Below are positions 9,856-19,061 of a stretch of 64,000 bases of DNA, one piece after another (the first letter of the stretch is position 1; the number at the start of each line of letters is the position of its first letter). Under the pieces are notes generated by a model that was not told the DNA's origin, made no database searches, and saw only the letters and a list, made by a program, of their open reading frames with translations. The DNA lies in the NCBI GenBank assembly GCA_041483195.1, contig JBGPFC010000017.1:20310-84309 (forward strand). The letters run 5' to 3'. Source of the DNA: Candidatus Eiseniibacteriota bacterium. Lineage in GTDB: Bacteria; Eisenbacteria; RBG-16-71-46. The position numbers and the translations under genes are program-made.

Positions 9856-10875
9856 ATGCGCAGGCAGTCAGGATTCTGGGTGGCCGCAGTGAGCGCGCTC
9901 GCGCTCGGATCGCTCGTCGTCTCGGCGACCCGCTCATCCGCAGATGACGATTCACCGGCGTGGCTCGGGGTGTACTCGCAGACGCTCACCCCCGAGTTGC
10001 GCGAAGGCCTGGGATACAACGGCGACGGAGCGATCGTGACGAGCGTCGTGCCCGACAGCCCCGCCGATCGCGCGGGATTGAAGCAGGGCGACGTCATCGT
10101 CGGCTTCAACTCCACCACGATCGCTTCATCCAGCGGTCTCGCTCGCGCGGTGAGCGCGGAGGCGGCAGGAAAATCGGTATCGCTGCGCATCGTTCGCGAC
10201 AAGACGCGACGCACGCTCACCGCGACGCTCGCGGCGCGGCCCGAGGACGATGAAACGCCCGAATGGAACGAGGCGCCCGAGACGCCGGAGCCTCCCGACG
10301 CACCCGCCGCGCCCGCGGCGCCGCGCGCGCCGCGGATCCGGGAGTTCACTTTCAAGAACGGCGACGGGAATTTCTCGTTCGAGGGTCTCGGGAGAGGGCT
10401 CGGCATGCTGGGCATGGGCCGCGGCCGGCTGGGCGTCCGCGTCGAGAGCCTGAATCCCGATCTGGGCGGCTACTTCGGCGTGAAGGACGGCAAGGGCGTG
10501 CTCGTGATCGAGGTGCTCAAGGACACGCCCGCCGAACGCGCCGGGCTGAAGTCGGGCGACGTCATCACGCGCGTCGGTGACAAGGCGGTCTACGACGCCG
10601 ACGATCTCGTGAGCGCCCTGCGCGACGCAGACAAGCAGGCCACGCTCACCGTGATGCACAAGGGCGCATCGCGCACCGTCACGACCGAGCTGGCCGAGGC
10701 GCCTCACGTGATGCGGATCGATCGCTCGGGACCGCTCGGCATGCGCGACGGCGAGCTGCGGTGGCATTCCACGGACGGCGCGGGCGATCAGGGCGACGTA
10801 CGGCGGCAGCTCGATGATTTGCGCCGCGAGTTGCGCGAGCTGCGCGATCAGATCAAGGAGATGAACCACAACTGA
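9856..10875 (+). CDS. Exported double-PDZ protein with Pro-rich linker and C-terminal coiled coil (no protease domain)
   Basis: WLGV and RLGV starts; SPADRAGLKQGDVI and TPAERAGLKSGDVI; C-terminal LDDLRRELRELRDQIKEM. Confidence 0.88.
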   Translation: MRRQSGFWVAAVSALALGSLVVSATRSSADDDSPAWLGVYSQTLTPELREGLGYNGDGAIVTSVVPDSPADRAGLKQGDVIVGFNSTTIASSSGLARAVSAEAAGKSVSLRIVRDKTRRTLTATLAARPEDDETPEWNEAPETPEPPDAPAAPAAPRAPRIREFTFKNGDGNFSFEGLGRGLGMLGMGRGRLGVRVESLNPDLGGYFGVKDGKGVLVIEVLKDTPAERAGLKSGDVITRVGDKAVYDADDLVSALRDADKQATLTVMHKGASRTVTTELAEAPHVMRIDRSGPLGMRDGELRWHSTDGAGDQGDVRRQLDDLRRELRELRDQIKEMNHN

Positions 10876-11006
10876 GCGAGGCAGGCAGGCTCGCCGCCGC
10901 CTCGGGGGGGCGCCGTCCAACTCGATCCGCAATATCAGGCTTCTGCAAGGGGCGATGCGGCGGACGGGAAGGAGCAGCGCGGCGCTCCCTCCAGCGGCGG
11001 CGAGCG

Positions 11007-11045
11007 GGAGGCCCGGCCGGGCGACGACGGCCGGGCTCTCCTTTT
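11007..11045 (+). terminator. Intrinsic terminator
   Basis: GCCCGGCCG / CGGCCGGGC stem followed by TCTCCTTTT. Confidence 0.65.
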
Positions 11046-11130
11046 GCCATCCGCGGCGCGATGAGCCGCCGCGGATCGCTCCGGTCCGGGCTTGCGCGCA
11101 TCCCGAGCGCAGCTTAGCCTCACGGGCCCG

Positions 11131-11637
11131 ATGCCCGCGCCCCGTCCCGTTCGCTTCTGCCCGCGCTGCGCGACGCGCCTCGTCAGGCGCGACGATCACG
11201 GCAGCCCGCGCCCATCCTGCCCCGGCTGCGGATTCATCTACTATCGCAATCCCGCCCCCGCGGCGGGCGTGATTCTCGCGCCGGATCGCAACGTGCTGCT
11301 GGTGAAGCGGCGTTATGCGCCGCGTCCCGGCGCCTGGTGCCTGCCCGCCGGCTTCATCGAGTACGGCGAGACCCCGGAGCGCTGCGCGCGGCGCGAGCTG
11401 TTCGAGGAAACCGGGATCCGCGTGCGGCTCACGGGATTGTTCGGCGTGTACGCCGGTCTCGACGATCCGCGCGTGCGCTCCGTGCTCATTCTCTACACCG
11501 CGGATCGCGCGAACGGAACGCTCGTGCCCGGCGACGACGCGACGGCGGCGCGCTATTTTTCGCTGGACCGGCTGCCGAAGCGGATCGCCTTCGAATCGCA
11601 CCGCAGAGCGCTCGCGCGATTCTCCGCGAACGGCTGA
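11131..11637 (+). CDS. NUDIX hydrolase with N-terminal zinc ribbon
   Basis: FCPRC...CPGC, YxNP, Nudix box GFIEYGETPERCARRELFEETG. Confidence 0.92.
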   Translation: MPAPRPVRFCPRCATRLVRRDDHGSPRPSCPGCGFIYYRNPAPAAGVILAPDRNVLLVKRRYAPRPGAWCLPAGFIEYGETPERCARRELFEETGIRVRLTGLFGVYAGLDDPRVRSVLILYTADRANGTLVPGDDATAARYFSLDRLPKRIAFESHRRALARFSANG

Positions 11638-11753
11638 CCGGGCGTACCGCGCATCACCCGCTTCTGGCCCGGTCCTTGCGGTTCTACCGCCGCACCCCTC
11701 ACCATAGCGGCACCCCGCGCCCGGTTCGGCGCATCGCCTGGAGTCTCAAAACC

Positions 11754-13088
11754 GTGCAGCGCTACTGGTTTGCCACGCTGATCGTGCTGCTGCTCGCGCC
11801 ATCGGGAAGCGCGCGCGCGCAGATGGTCAGTGCACGGCGCACTGCCATGGGTGGCGTGATTCTGACCGGGGGTGGCAGTGGGTTCAGCGGACGCAATGTC
11901 GCGTATCGCGCCGTGCCCGCCGCGCCCGCGACCGAGCGCACGTTCTCGCTGCCGATCGGGCTCATTCCGTTCCTGGCCGATCTGCCCACCTTCGATTCCA
12001 ATGATCCGGACTTCAACGTCTTCGAGCTCACGAACCTCCTCTACAATCCCCCCTGGAACCTCCCGCTGGTCCAGCCGAAGACGCCATCGAGCGACATCAC
12101 GGTCGCGGTGAGCAAGAACAGCCTCTCCGCGGACCTCGGCGACATCGCCGCCATCTTCCCGAAGGACCACAGCCGGATCGCTGCCGTCGCCGAGGCGCCC
12201 GCGGTCACGTTCGGAGCGAAGCGGATCTTCTTCGGGCTCGCGCCGCTCGTCGAATACGACAACGATCTGCACCTCAACGACGCGCTGCACGCGGCCCTGG
12301 CCGAGGGCGCGGCGTTCACGCCGCGCACCGAGTACGCGCTGTTCGACAAGGCGCACGGCCAGGTCGCGGCGGGCGCGCAGCTCGGCTGGGCCGCCCCGGT
12401 CATGGAGCGGGGCGACCCGCGCGGCGACGGCGCGGGGCTCTATGCCGGCGTGCGATTCAAGCTGCTCCGCGGCCTCGCGTACGGCGACGCCGACAACGTC
12501 GCGGTCTTCACCACCACCGACACGCTGTTCGGGACCGATCCGGTCGACGTGAGCTATACGGGACGCATGCGCAGCGCCGGGCCGTCGGACGGGGGCATCG
12601 GCGAAGGGTTCGACCTCGGTCTGGTGTGGCTCGCGGGGGGACTCGAGCTGGGCGTTGGCGTCGAGAACGTCGCGACCCGCATCCACTGGCGCGTGCGGGA
12701 GACCCTCGCGTACAGCGACAGCGCGACGGGCGAATACGTCGACAGCACGCTGAGCAAGGGCACGGCCTTCACGAGCCGGGTGCCGACCACCGTCACCGTG
12801 AGCGCGGAAGAGCGCATCGGCCGCGTGCTGGTCGCGGCCGACGTCCTGAGCGGCCTCCATCAGGTCCAGGCGCACCTCGGCGCCGAGCTGTGGGCCGGCC
12901 GGGTCGCGTGGCGGGCGGGGCTCTCGAACGACGCGAACCGCGAGATCCAGTACGCGGGCGGCATCGGGCTGCGCATGGGAGGCGTGGGGCTCGATCTCGC
13001 GGTCGCCTCGCAGAGCCGGAATCTCTCGCGCGAGCGCGGGATCGATCTCGGAGCGGGGCTCACGTTCTACCGAGGGGAAAATCCATGA
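11754..13088 (+). CDS. Putative outer-membrane beta-barrel protein (DUF5723/TraF-like appearance)
   Basis: GTG start after GGAG; signal peptide; ARRTAMGG N-terminal motif; GEGFDLG; amphipathic strands ending DLGAGLTF. Confidence 0.65.
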   Translation: MQRYWFATLIVLLLAPSGSARAQMVSARRTAMGGVILTGGGSGFSGRNVAYRAVPAAPATERTFSLPIGLIPFLADLPTFDSNDPDFNVFELTNLLYNPPWNLPLVQPKTPSSDITVAVSKNSLSADLGDIAAIFPKDHSRIAAVAEAPAVTFGAKRIFFGLAPLVEYDNDLHLNDALHAALAEGAAFTPRTEYALFDKAHGQVAAGAQLGWAAPVMERGDPRGDGAGLYAGVRFKLLRGLAYGDADNVAVFTTTDTLFGTDPVDVSYTGRMRSAGPSDGGIGEGFDLGLVWLAGGLELGVGVENVATRIHWRVRETLAYSDSATGEYVDSTLSKGTAFTSRVPTTVTVSAEERIGRVLVAADVLSGLHQVQAHLGAELWAGRVAWRAGLSNDANREIQYAGGIGLRMGGVGLDLAVASQSRNLSRERGIDLGAGLTFYRGENP

Positions 13089-13642
13089 ACCTCCGGCGCC
13101 TCGTCCTATGCTGCGGCCTGGCCGCGATGCTGGCCGGCTGCGGCAATCACCGGCTCGTGCTGCGCGTGGACGTGCTCAGCTTCCTGAGCCCGGCCCAGGC
13201 CGGCCAGACGTTCGGGCCGTTGCCGCCGTCGCCCTTCCCCGTGACCTCGGTCCTGGTGAACGACCTCGATGTGAATCTGCTCGAAGGCCTGAGCGGCGCC
13301 GCCGTCGTCCAGAGCGTGACGATCACGACGCGCGCGACCTTCACCGACCTGACCGGATCGGGCGCGGACACGCTGCGCGTCTACCTGAGCGACGAGAACA
13401 CGGATCCGCTCACCACGCCGGCCGCGCTGGTGCTGCCCGTGACGCTGTCCCCCGGGGTCAGCGACACCGTGACCGCGACGCTCGGCGACGATCCCCGTGT
13501 CGCCGACCTGTTCACGAAGAAGCGCATGCGGATGAGCATCACGACCACGCTGCGCCCGCCCGCGAGCGGGCCCGCCCTGACGGGAAGCCGGCGGTTGCTC
13601 GCGCTCGACGCCGTGGCGATCGCGCGGCGCAAGGACTTCTAG
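13085..13642 (+). CDS. Hypothetical lipoprotein, translationally coupled to the OMP gene
   Basis: ATGA overlap; lipobox LAGC. Confidence 0.75.
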   Translation: MNLRRLVLCCGLAAMLAGCGNHRLVLRVDVLSFLSPAQAGQTFGPLPPSPFPVTSVLVNDLDVNLLEGLSGAAVVQSVTITTRATFTDLTGSGADTLRVYLSDENTDPLTTPAALVLPVTLSPGVSDTVTATLGDDPRVADLFTKKRMRMSITTTLRPPASGPALTGSRRLLALDAVAIARRKDF

Positions 13643-13754
13643 CCGATCGCGCGGCCCACGCGAGACGCGCCGCCGGATCGCTCCAGCGGCGCGTTTCGCG
13701 TGGCGGCGGCTTCCCGTGTGGGGTCGATGCCTGGATGCGGCGCCCGGGTCCGCC

Positions 13755-15119
13755 TCAGGCCCACGCCTCGGTGCGGCGCGCGCGGTCCTGATCGGCGAGC
13801 GAGATCGCGAGCAGCGATCCCGCGAGCAGCGCGCGATCCAGGTCGTAGTCCTCGAACGGCATCCCGCTGCGCTTGTTGCTCAGGTTCATCACGCCGCACA
13901 GCCGGTTGTTGTGGATCAGCGGGACGCAGATGAACGAGTCCGAGTTGTAGGCGTCCTGCCCGGTGTGGTGGACGCCGTTCGCGTCGTCCTTGACCCGCAC
14001 GAACAGGGGCTTGCGGTTGTGGGCCACCCAGCCGGCGATGCCCTGGCCGATGCGGACCCTCACCTGCGAGGCCACGGACGGCTCGATGCCGCGCTGCGCG
14101 GCGATGTGGAGCGACTCGCGTGCGTCGTCGAGCAGCATCAGGCTGCAGCGCTCGACGCCGAAGTGGTCGCAGAACCAAGAGACCAGCGTGCGCGTGAACT
14201 CCTCGCGGTCGTGTTCCTGTGACAGCACCTGGCAGACCTCCTTCATGAAGCCCACGGTCTGCTGGAGCGCCTGGAGGCGTTCCTCGGCCGCGCCGAGACG
14301 GGAGTAGGCCTCGTTGAGGTGCTGGGTCGCTGCGGTCGACTGCTCCTCGAGCGCGAACAGCTGGGACTTCACCCGCTCGACCTCGTGCTTGTACTGCGTC
14401 GAATTCTTGTCGAGCAACTCGATCTCGCCCGCCAGCGCCTGCAGCCGGTCGGACTTGGTTCGATTCTCGTTCTCGAGCTGCGCGGCGTGCGCGCCGAGCC
14501 GGCGGATGTGCTCCTGAAATTCCGCGGCCGCCGCGCCCGGCTTCGCGACCGGGGCCCGGCCCGGCGCGCTCTGCGCGCCGCGGTAGAGGTGCTGCGAGAG
14601 CGCGAGCGCCGCGATCGCCTTGAGCGGGATGAGCTCGCCGATCGCCTTGCTGCCGATCGCGTTCTTCTTGTCGCTCGCGATGATCAGCATCGCGAGCATG
14701 TCCTCCTGGTCGGCGAGTGGAACGCAGACGCAGGAGGTCCAGTTCAGGAGCGCACAGAGCGGGCGCAGCGCCTGGGCCTCGACCGCGGGCACGTCGTATG
14801 AGGGCGAGGACTGCAGCAGCTGGGACAGCAGCGAGCGGCGGTCGGCGTGATTGAAAAATGCACTGGGGTGGAAGAACTTTCGCACGAGGCGGGCCGGGAG
14901 GGAGTCCACCGGCACCCGGACGTCCTTGCGGGACAACCGGCGGCCCTCACGCGAGTAAACGTTGACCAGCGCGTCCTGGCTGACCTCGTAGAAGGCCAGC
15001 GACGCGCGCCAATCCGACCGCACTGCTTGAAGATACCCGAGGAACTCGAACACGACCGCCTCGGTATCCCGTGAGGCGGCAAGGCGCTCGGAGATGTCAC
15101 GCAGATCGAATTTCGACAC
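13755..15119 (-). CDS. GAF - coiled coil - GAF protein with no output domain
   Basis: C-terminal GAF (ERCSLML, GQGIAGWVA, SFICVPL, GVMNL); N-terminal GAF-like segment (SCVCVPL); central heptads. Confidence 0.82.
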   Translation of the reverse strand: MSKFDLRDISERLAASRDTEAVVFEFLGYLQAVRSDWRASLAFYEVSQDALVNVYSREGRRLSRKDVRVPVDSLPARLVRKFFHPSAFFNHADRRSLLSQLLQSSPSYDVPAVEAQALRPLCALLNWTSCVCVPLADQEDMLAMLIIASDKKNAIGSKAIGELIPLKAIAALALSQHLYRGAQSAPGRAPVAKPGAAAAEFQEHIRRLGAHAAQLENENRTKSDRLQALAGEIELLDKNSTQYKHEVERVKSQLFALEEQSTAATQHLNEAYSRLGAAEERLQALQQTVGFMKEVCQVLSQEHDREEFTRTLVSWFCDHFGVERCSLMLLDDARESLHIAAQRGIEPSVASQVRVRIGQGIAGWVAHNRKPLFVRVKDDANGVHHTGQDAYNSDSFICVPLIHNNRLCGVMNLSNKRSGMPFEDYDLDRALLAGSLLAISLADQDRARRTEAWA

Positions 15120-15167
15120 GGTCGCAGCCTCCCTGGAGGAAGTCGGAAGCGAGGTCCACGGTTCAAG

Positions 15168-15182
15168 GCAAGGCGTGTGCCG
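15168..15182 (-). promoter_or_regulatory. sigma54 -24/-12 promoter
   Basis: CGGCACACGCCTTGC, near-consensus, about 50 nt upstream of the GAF gene. Confidence 0.7.
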
Positions 15183-15264
15183 CGCGAGCCCGGCCGTGCC
15201 GAATGCACGAGTCGCGTGCTAGAGTCCGATCTCGCGAACATCGCTTCCACCGCGGGAGAGCGCC

Positions 15265-16485
15265 ATGCCGAAGCTGATTGCCGACCGTCCGATCCTCAGC
15301 ATGAGTTCCGAGCTCGGCCAGGTGATGGCCGCCGCGCGCGCGCGCGAGCAGGCGGGGGAGCGAGTGCTACACCTCGAGCGCGGCGAGCCCGACTTCGACA
15401 CCCCGCCGCACATCGTGGAAGCGCTCGCGGCGGCGGCGCGCGCCGGCGAGACGCACTATCCCGACCCGCGCGGCTCGATGCCGCTCCGCGAGGCGCTGGT
15501 CGAAAAGCTCGCGCGCGAGAACGGCATCCGGTGCGAGCCCGACGACATCGTCATGACGCTGGGCGGGACGCTTGGGTTGTGCCTCGCGTTCCCGGGCCTG
15601 CGCGGCGCCGGCGACGAGCTGCTGGTGCTCTCCCCGCACTGGATGGCGATTCCCAAGCTGGTGGGGTTCGCGGAAGGCGCGCGCTATCGGACGCTGCCCG
15701 CGTACCTCGAGTTGCTGGAGGGAACGCTGAGCCCGGCCGCACTCGCGGACCGCGTGCGTGCCGCGCTGGGACCCAGGACCCGCGGGATCTATCTCAACTC
15801 GCCGAACAATCCGACCGGCGCGCTGCTCGATGGTCCGACGCTCGAAGCGCTCGCGTCGGTCGCGATCGAGCGCGATCTGTGGGTGGTGAGCGACGAGGCT
15901 TACGAGCACCTGCTGTTCGACGGCGCGCGCCACGCGAGCATCGCGTCGCTGCCCGGCATGGCGGAGCGCACGCTCAGCGTGTACACGTTCTCGAAGTCGT
16001 ATGCGATGACCGGCTGGCGCGTGGGGTACGTCGTCTCGCCCCGGGCGCTGCGTCCGGTCATGGGCCCGCTGCTTTCGTTCTACACCACCCACGGCGTGTT
16101 TCCGGCGGTGCAGAGCGCGGCGCGCGCGGCGGTCGTCGGACCGCAGGACGCCGTCGAGACCATGCGCCGCGCCTATCAGGAACGCCGCGATCTGCTGATC
16201 GAGGGGCTTCGCGACCAGAGCGCGGTGCGCATCCCGTCGCCCCGCGGCGCGTTCTACGTGTTCGCCGATGTCTCCGCGGCCCGCGCGGGGCGCGACATCT
16301 GGGATCTGGTACGCGAGTGGATCGCGCTCGGGGTCGCGGTACTGCCCGGCACGGCGTTCGGCCCGGAATGCGGCGACTGGGTGCGGCTCTCGCTCGCGAC
16401 GCGGCGCGAAGACATCGTCGAAGCCGCGCGGCGGCTGCGCGAGCACGTGACCGTCACCGCCGGCCCGCGCGCCGCCGGTCGCTGA
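15265..16485 (+). CDS. PLP-dependent aminotransferase class I/II
   Basis: GEPDFDTP, NSPNNPTG, SDEAY, FSKSYAMTGWRVG. Confidence 0.95.
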   Translation: MPKLIADRPILSMSSELGQVMAAARAREQAGERVLHLERGEPDFDTPPHIVEALAAAARAGETHYPDPRGSMPLREALVEKLARENGIRCEPDDIVMTLGGTLGLCLAFPGLRGAGDELLVLSPHWMAIPKLVGFAEGARYRTLPAYLELLEGTLSPAALADRVRAALGPRTRGIYLNSPNNPTGALLDGPTLEALASVAIERDLWVVSDEAYEHLLFDGARHASIASLPGMAERTLSVYTFSKSYAMTGWRVGYVVSPRALRPVMGPLLSFYTTHGVFPAVQSAARAAVVGPQDAVETMRRAYQERRDLLIEGLRDQSAVRIPSPRGAFYVFADVSAARAGRDIWDLVREWIALGVAVLPGTAFGPECGDWVRLSLATRREDIVEAARRLREHVTVTAGPRAAGR

Positions 16486-16497
16486 GCGGGCGCGGCG

Positions 16498-16875
16498 ATG
16501 GGCTACTGCCCGGAATGCGGCGCGTCGTACCCGCCGGCGGTGGCCGCCTGTCCGCGCTGCCGCGTCGTGTTGAGCGCGGACCCGCCGCGCGGCACGGGCG
16601 AGCCGGCGATCGTCCATCGCGTGCCCGACGCGGCGGCCGGAGCCCTGCTCTCCGGCGTGCTCGAGCATCAAGGCATCCACGTGGTGCTGCGCAGCGCGAT
16701 GCTGCCCGGCTACGGAGCGGTGCGCCGCGACTGGTCCACGACGGCGTGGGGCGAGATCCTGGTGCCGAGCACGGAGGCCGACGAGGCGCGCGCGATCATC
16801 GCGGACTACCTGGGCGCGCTCGAACGGGGCGGCCAGGTGCGTGACGAAGACGTCGAGGGCGCGGAGCCGGGCTGA
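16498..16875 (+). CDS. Zinc ribbon + DUF2007-like small protein
   Basis: YCPECG...CPRC; LEHQGI...EILVP...EARAII. Confidence 0.75.
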   Translation: MGYCPECGASYPPAVAACPRCRVVLSADPPRGTGEPAIVHRVPDAAAGALLSGVLEHQGIHVVLRSAMLPGYGAVRRDWSTTAWGEILVPSTEADEARAIIADYLGALERGGQVRDEDVEGAEPG

Positions 16876-16910
16876 GGCGAGTCCGCGCGCGGCGCGGCGT
16901 CAGCTCCGCT

Positions 16911-18707
16911 TCACTTCGGCCGCTGCGCCCGCGCCGATCGCATGGTCTGCTGCGCGGGAGCGTCGGCCTCGGCCGTCTCGTCTTCCTCGACCTCGATGAC
17001 GAAGCCGCCCGCCGTCCGCTGCGGCAGGATCACGCGATGGAGCGCGATCGCGAACACGTCGTCCATGGTCTCGACCGGGATCATCTCGAGCGACTGCCGC
17101 ACGTCCTCTGGAACGTCGTCGAGATCCTTGAGGTTCGCCGCCGGGAACAGCATCGCACGGAATCCCGCGCGATACGCCGCGAGCGCCTTCTCGCGCATCC
17201 CGCCCACGATCAGCACACGGCCACGCAGGCTGACCTCGCCGGTCATCGCGACGTCGTGACGGATCGGGCGATCGCTCAGCACCGATGCGATCACGAGACC
17301 CACGGTGATGCCCGCCGATGGGCCGTCCTTGGGCACGCCCGCCGCCGGGAAATGGATGTGAATGTCGTAGTTCGCGAACGTGTCGGCGTCGATCTCGAGC
17401 ATCTCGGCGCGCGAGCGAACGTACGAGTGCGCGGCCTGCACCGATTCCTTCATGACCTCGCCAAGCTGGCCGGTGGTCGTGACGCGTCCGGCGCCCGGCA
17501 TCTTGAGCGCCTCGACCACCAGCACCTCCCCGCCGGCCGCCGTCCACGCCAGCCCCGCCGCCACCCCGACCTCGTCGTTCTTGCCCACCATCTCGGGCGT
17601 GAACACGCGGTGACCCAGGTAGCGCTCGAGCCTCGCGGGGGTCACCCGATGCCGGCGCCCGTCCCCGGTCGCGCGCGCGCGCGCCACCTTGCGGCACACC
17701 GTCGCGATCTGGCGCGACAGGCTGCGCACGCCGGCCTCGAGCGTGTAGTGCCTCACCATGGCGCGCAACGCGTCCTCGGGCAGCGTCACGTCGCGCTGCG
17801 AGAGGCCGTGATCGTGGAGCAGGCGCGGGATGAGGAAGCGCCTCGCGATCTCCAGCTTTTCGTCCTCGCTGTAGCCCGGCACCTCGATGACCTCGAGGCG
17901 TTCGAGCAGCGCGTCGGGCACCATGTCGACCGAGTTCGCGCACAACAGGAGCACCGCGTGCGAGAGGTCGAACGGGAGCCCGACGTAGTGGTCGACGAAG
18001 TGCGCGTTGCTGTCGGGATCGAGCAGCTCGAGCAGCACCTCGATCACGCCGAGCCCGCCCTCGCCCACGAGGCGATCGACGCCGTCGATCATGAGCACCG
18101 GATTGCGAACGCCGGCCTCGCGCACCGCGCGCACGATCTTGCCGGGCTGCGCGCCGGGGAGCGTGCGCTCCACGCCTTTGAGATCGCTGGCGTCGCTGGT
18201 GCCCGACACGCTGATGCGGACGAACGGACGCTGCAGCGCCCGCGCCACGGTGGCGCCCAGCGACGACTTGCCGGTGCCGGGCGGACCGATCAGGCAGAGC
18301 GCGGGGCCGGGCAGGTCCGGCTTGAGCCGCCGCACGGCCAGGTACTCGACGACCCGCTCCTTCGCCTTGTCGAGGGCGAGATGGTCGCGCTCCAGCACCT
18401 TCTCGACCTGCTTGAGGTCCGCGTCCTCGGGGGCGCCGCGCTCCCAGGGCAGGGACCAGAGCCATTGCAGGTACGCGCGGATGTGCCCGGACTCCGGCGT
18501 GCCGGTGGGCAGGCGACGCAACCGGTCCATCTCACGCTGCGCCTGGCGCGTGACATCGACCGGCAGCCGGCTGGGCGGCAGCGATGCAGGCATGGAGTCC
18601 GCGGCGCCGTTGGTGCCGTTCAGCGGCTCGGTCACGGCGCTCCCCGCGCGCAGGCTCCGCTCTGACTTTCGGGTTCGAAGCGATCGCGTCCGCAGTGAGC
18701 GAGGCAT
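16911..18707 (-). CDS. lon: Lon protease homolog lacking the N-domain, with degenerate AAA+ motifs
   Basis: Walker A GPPGTGKS, ELLDPDSN, YTLEAGVR, GLAWTAAGG, PKDGPSAG (catalytic Ser), GGMREKALAA (Lys); ATG 18707 after GGAG. Confidence 0.9.
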   Translation of the reverse strand: MPRSLRTRSLRTRKSERSLRAGSAVTEPLNGTNGAADSMPASLPPSRLPVDVTRQAQREMDRLRRLPTGTPESGHIRAYLQWLWSLPWERGAPEDADLKQVEKVLERDHLALDKAKERVVEYLAVRRLKPDLPGPALCLIGPPGTGKSSLGATVARALQRPFVRISVSGTSDASDLKGVERTLPGAQPGKIVRAVREAGVRNPVLMIDGVDRLVGEGGLGVIEVLLELLDPDSNAHFVDHYVGLPFDLSHAVLLLCANSVDMVPDALLERLEVIEVPGYSEDEKLEIARRFLIPRLLHDHGLSQRDVTLPEDALRAMVRHYTLEAGVRSLSRQIATVCRKVARARATGDGRRHRVTPARLERYLGHRVFTPEMVGKNDEVGVAAGLAWTAAGGEVLVVEALKMPGAGRVTTTGQLGEVMKESVQAAHSYVRSRAEMLEIDADTFANYDIHIHFPAAGVPKDGPSAGITVGLVIASVLSDRPIRHDVAMTGEVSLRGRVLIVGGMREKALAAYRAGFRAMLFPAANLKDLDDVPEDVRQSLEMIPVETMDDVFAIALHRVILPQRTAGGFVIEVEEDETAEADAPAQQTMRSARAQRPK

Positions 18708-18801
18708 GTGATTCTCCAACCGTTCGGGTGAGTTCGAGCGCATCGTTCGGAGGGGAACCAGTGGCCGGAGGGAGCCCGGCCACGCCTACACCATTGCGAT
18801 A

Positions 18802-18817
18802 AGCAAAATCGCGGCCG
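18802..18817 (-). promoter_or_regulatory. sigma54 -24/-12 promoter for the lon homolog
   Basis: CGGCCGCGATTTTGCT (GG-N10-GC, TTGCT at -12). Confidence 0.6.
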
Positions 18818-19061
18818 GGTCCTGGGGATTTTTCCGCGCACGCCCTCCGCTCGACCCACCGCCTTGTCGCGCAGCGGATTGCGCGACCGACCCGGGGCCG
18901 CGCGTGGCGCGAGCTCTCGGGCCCGGGTGTGGCGACGTGGGTGACGGTCCCTTGACGGCGGGGCGTTTTTTTCCCGCCGTCACGTGCGAGGCGGAACGAT
19001 TGCGAACGCCGTGCAAATTGCACGGCGCAGGGCAGCGCGCCCGCGCGCCGCGCCCGCTTCG

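Noticed and set aside
10960..10980. GGAAGGAGCAGC resembling SRP RNA helix 8
   Set aside because: Lacks the adjacent CAGG strand and hairpin register; kept only as an unnamed structured element.
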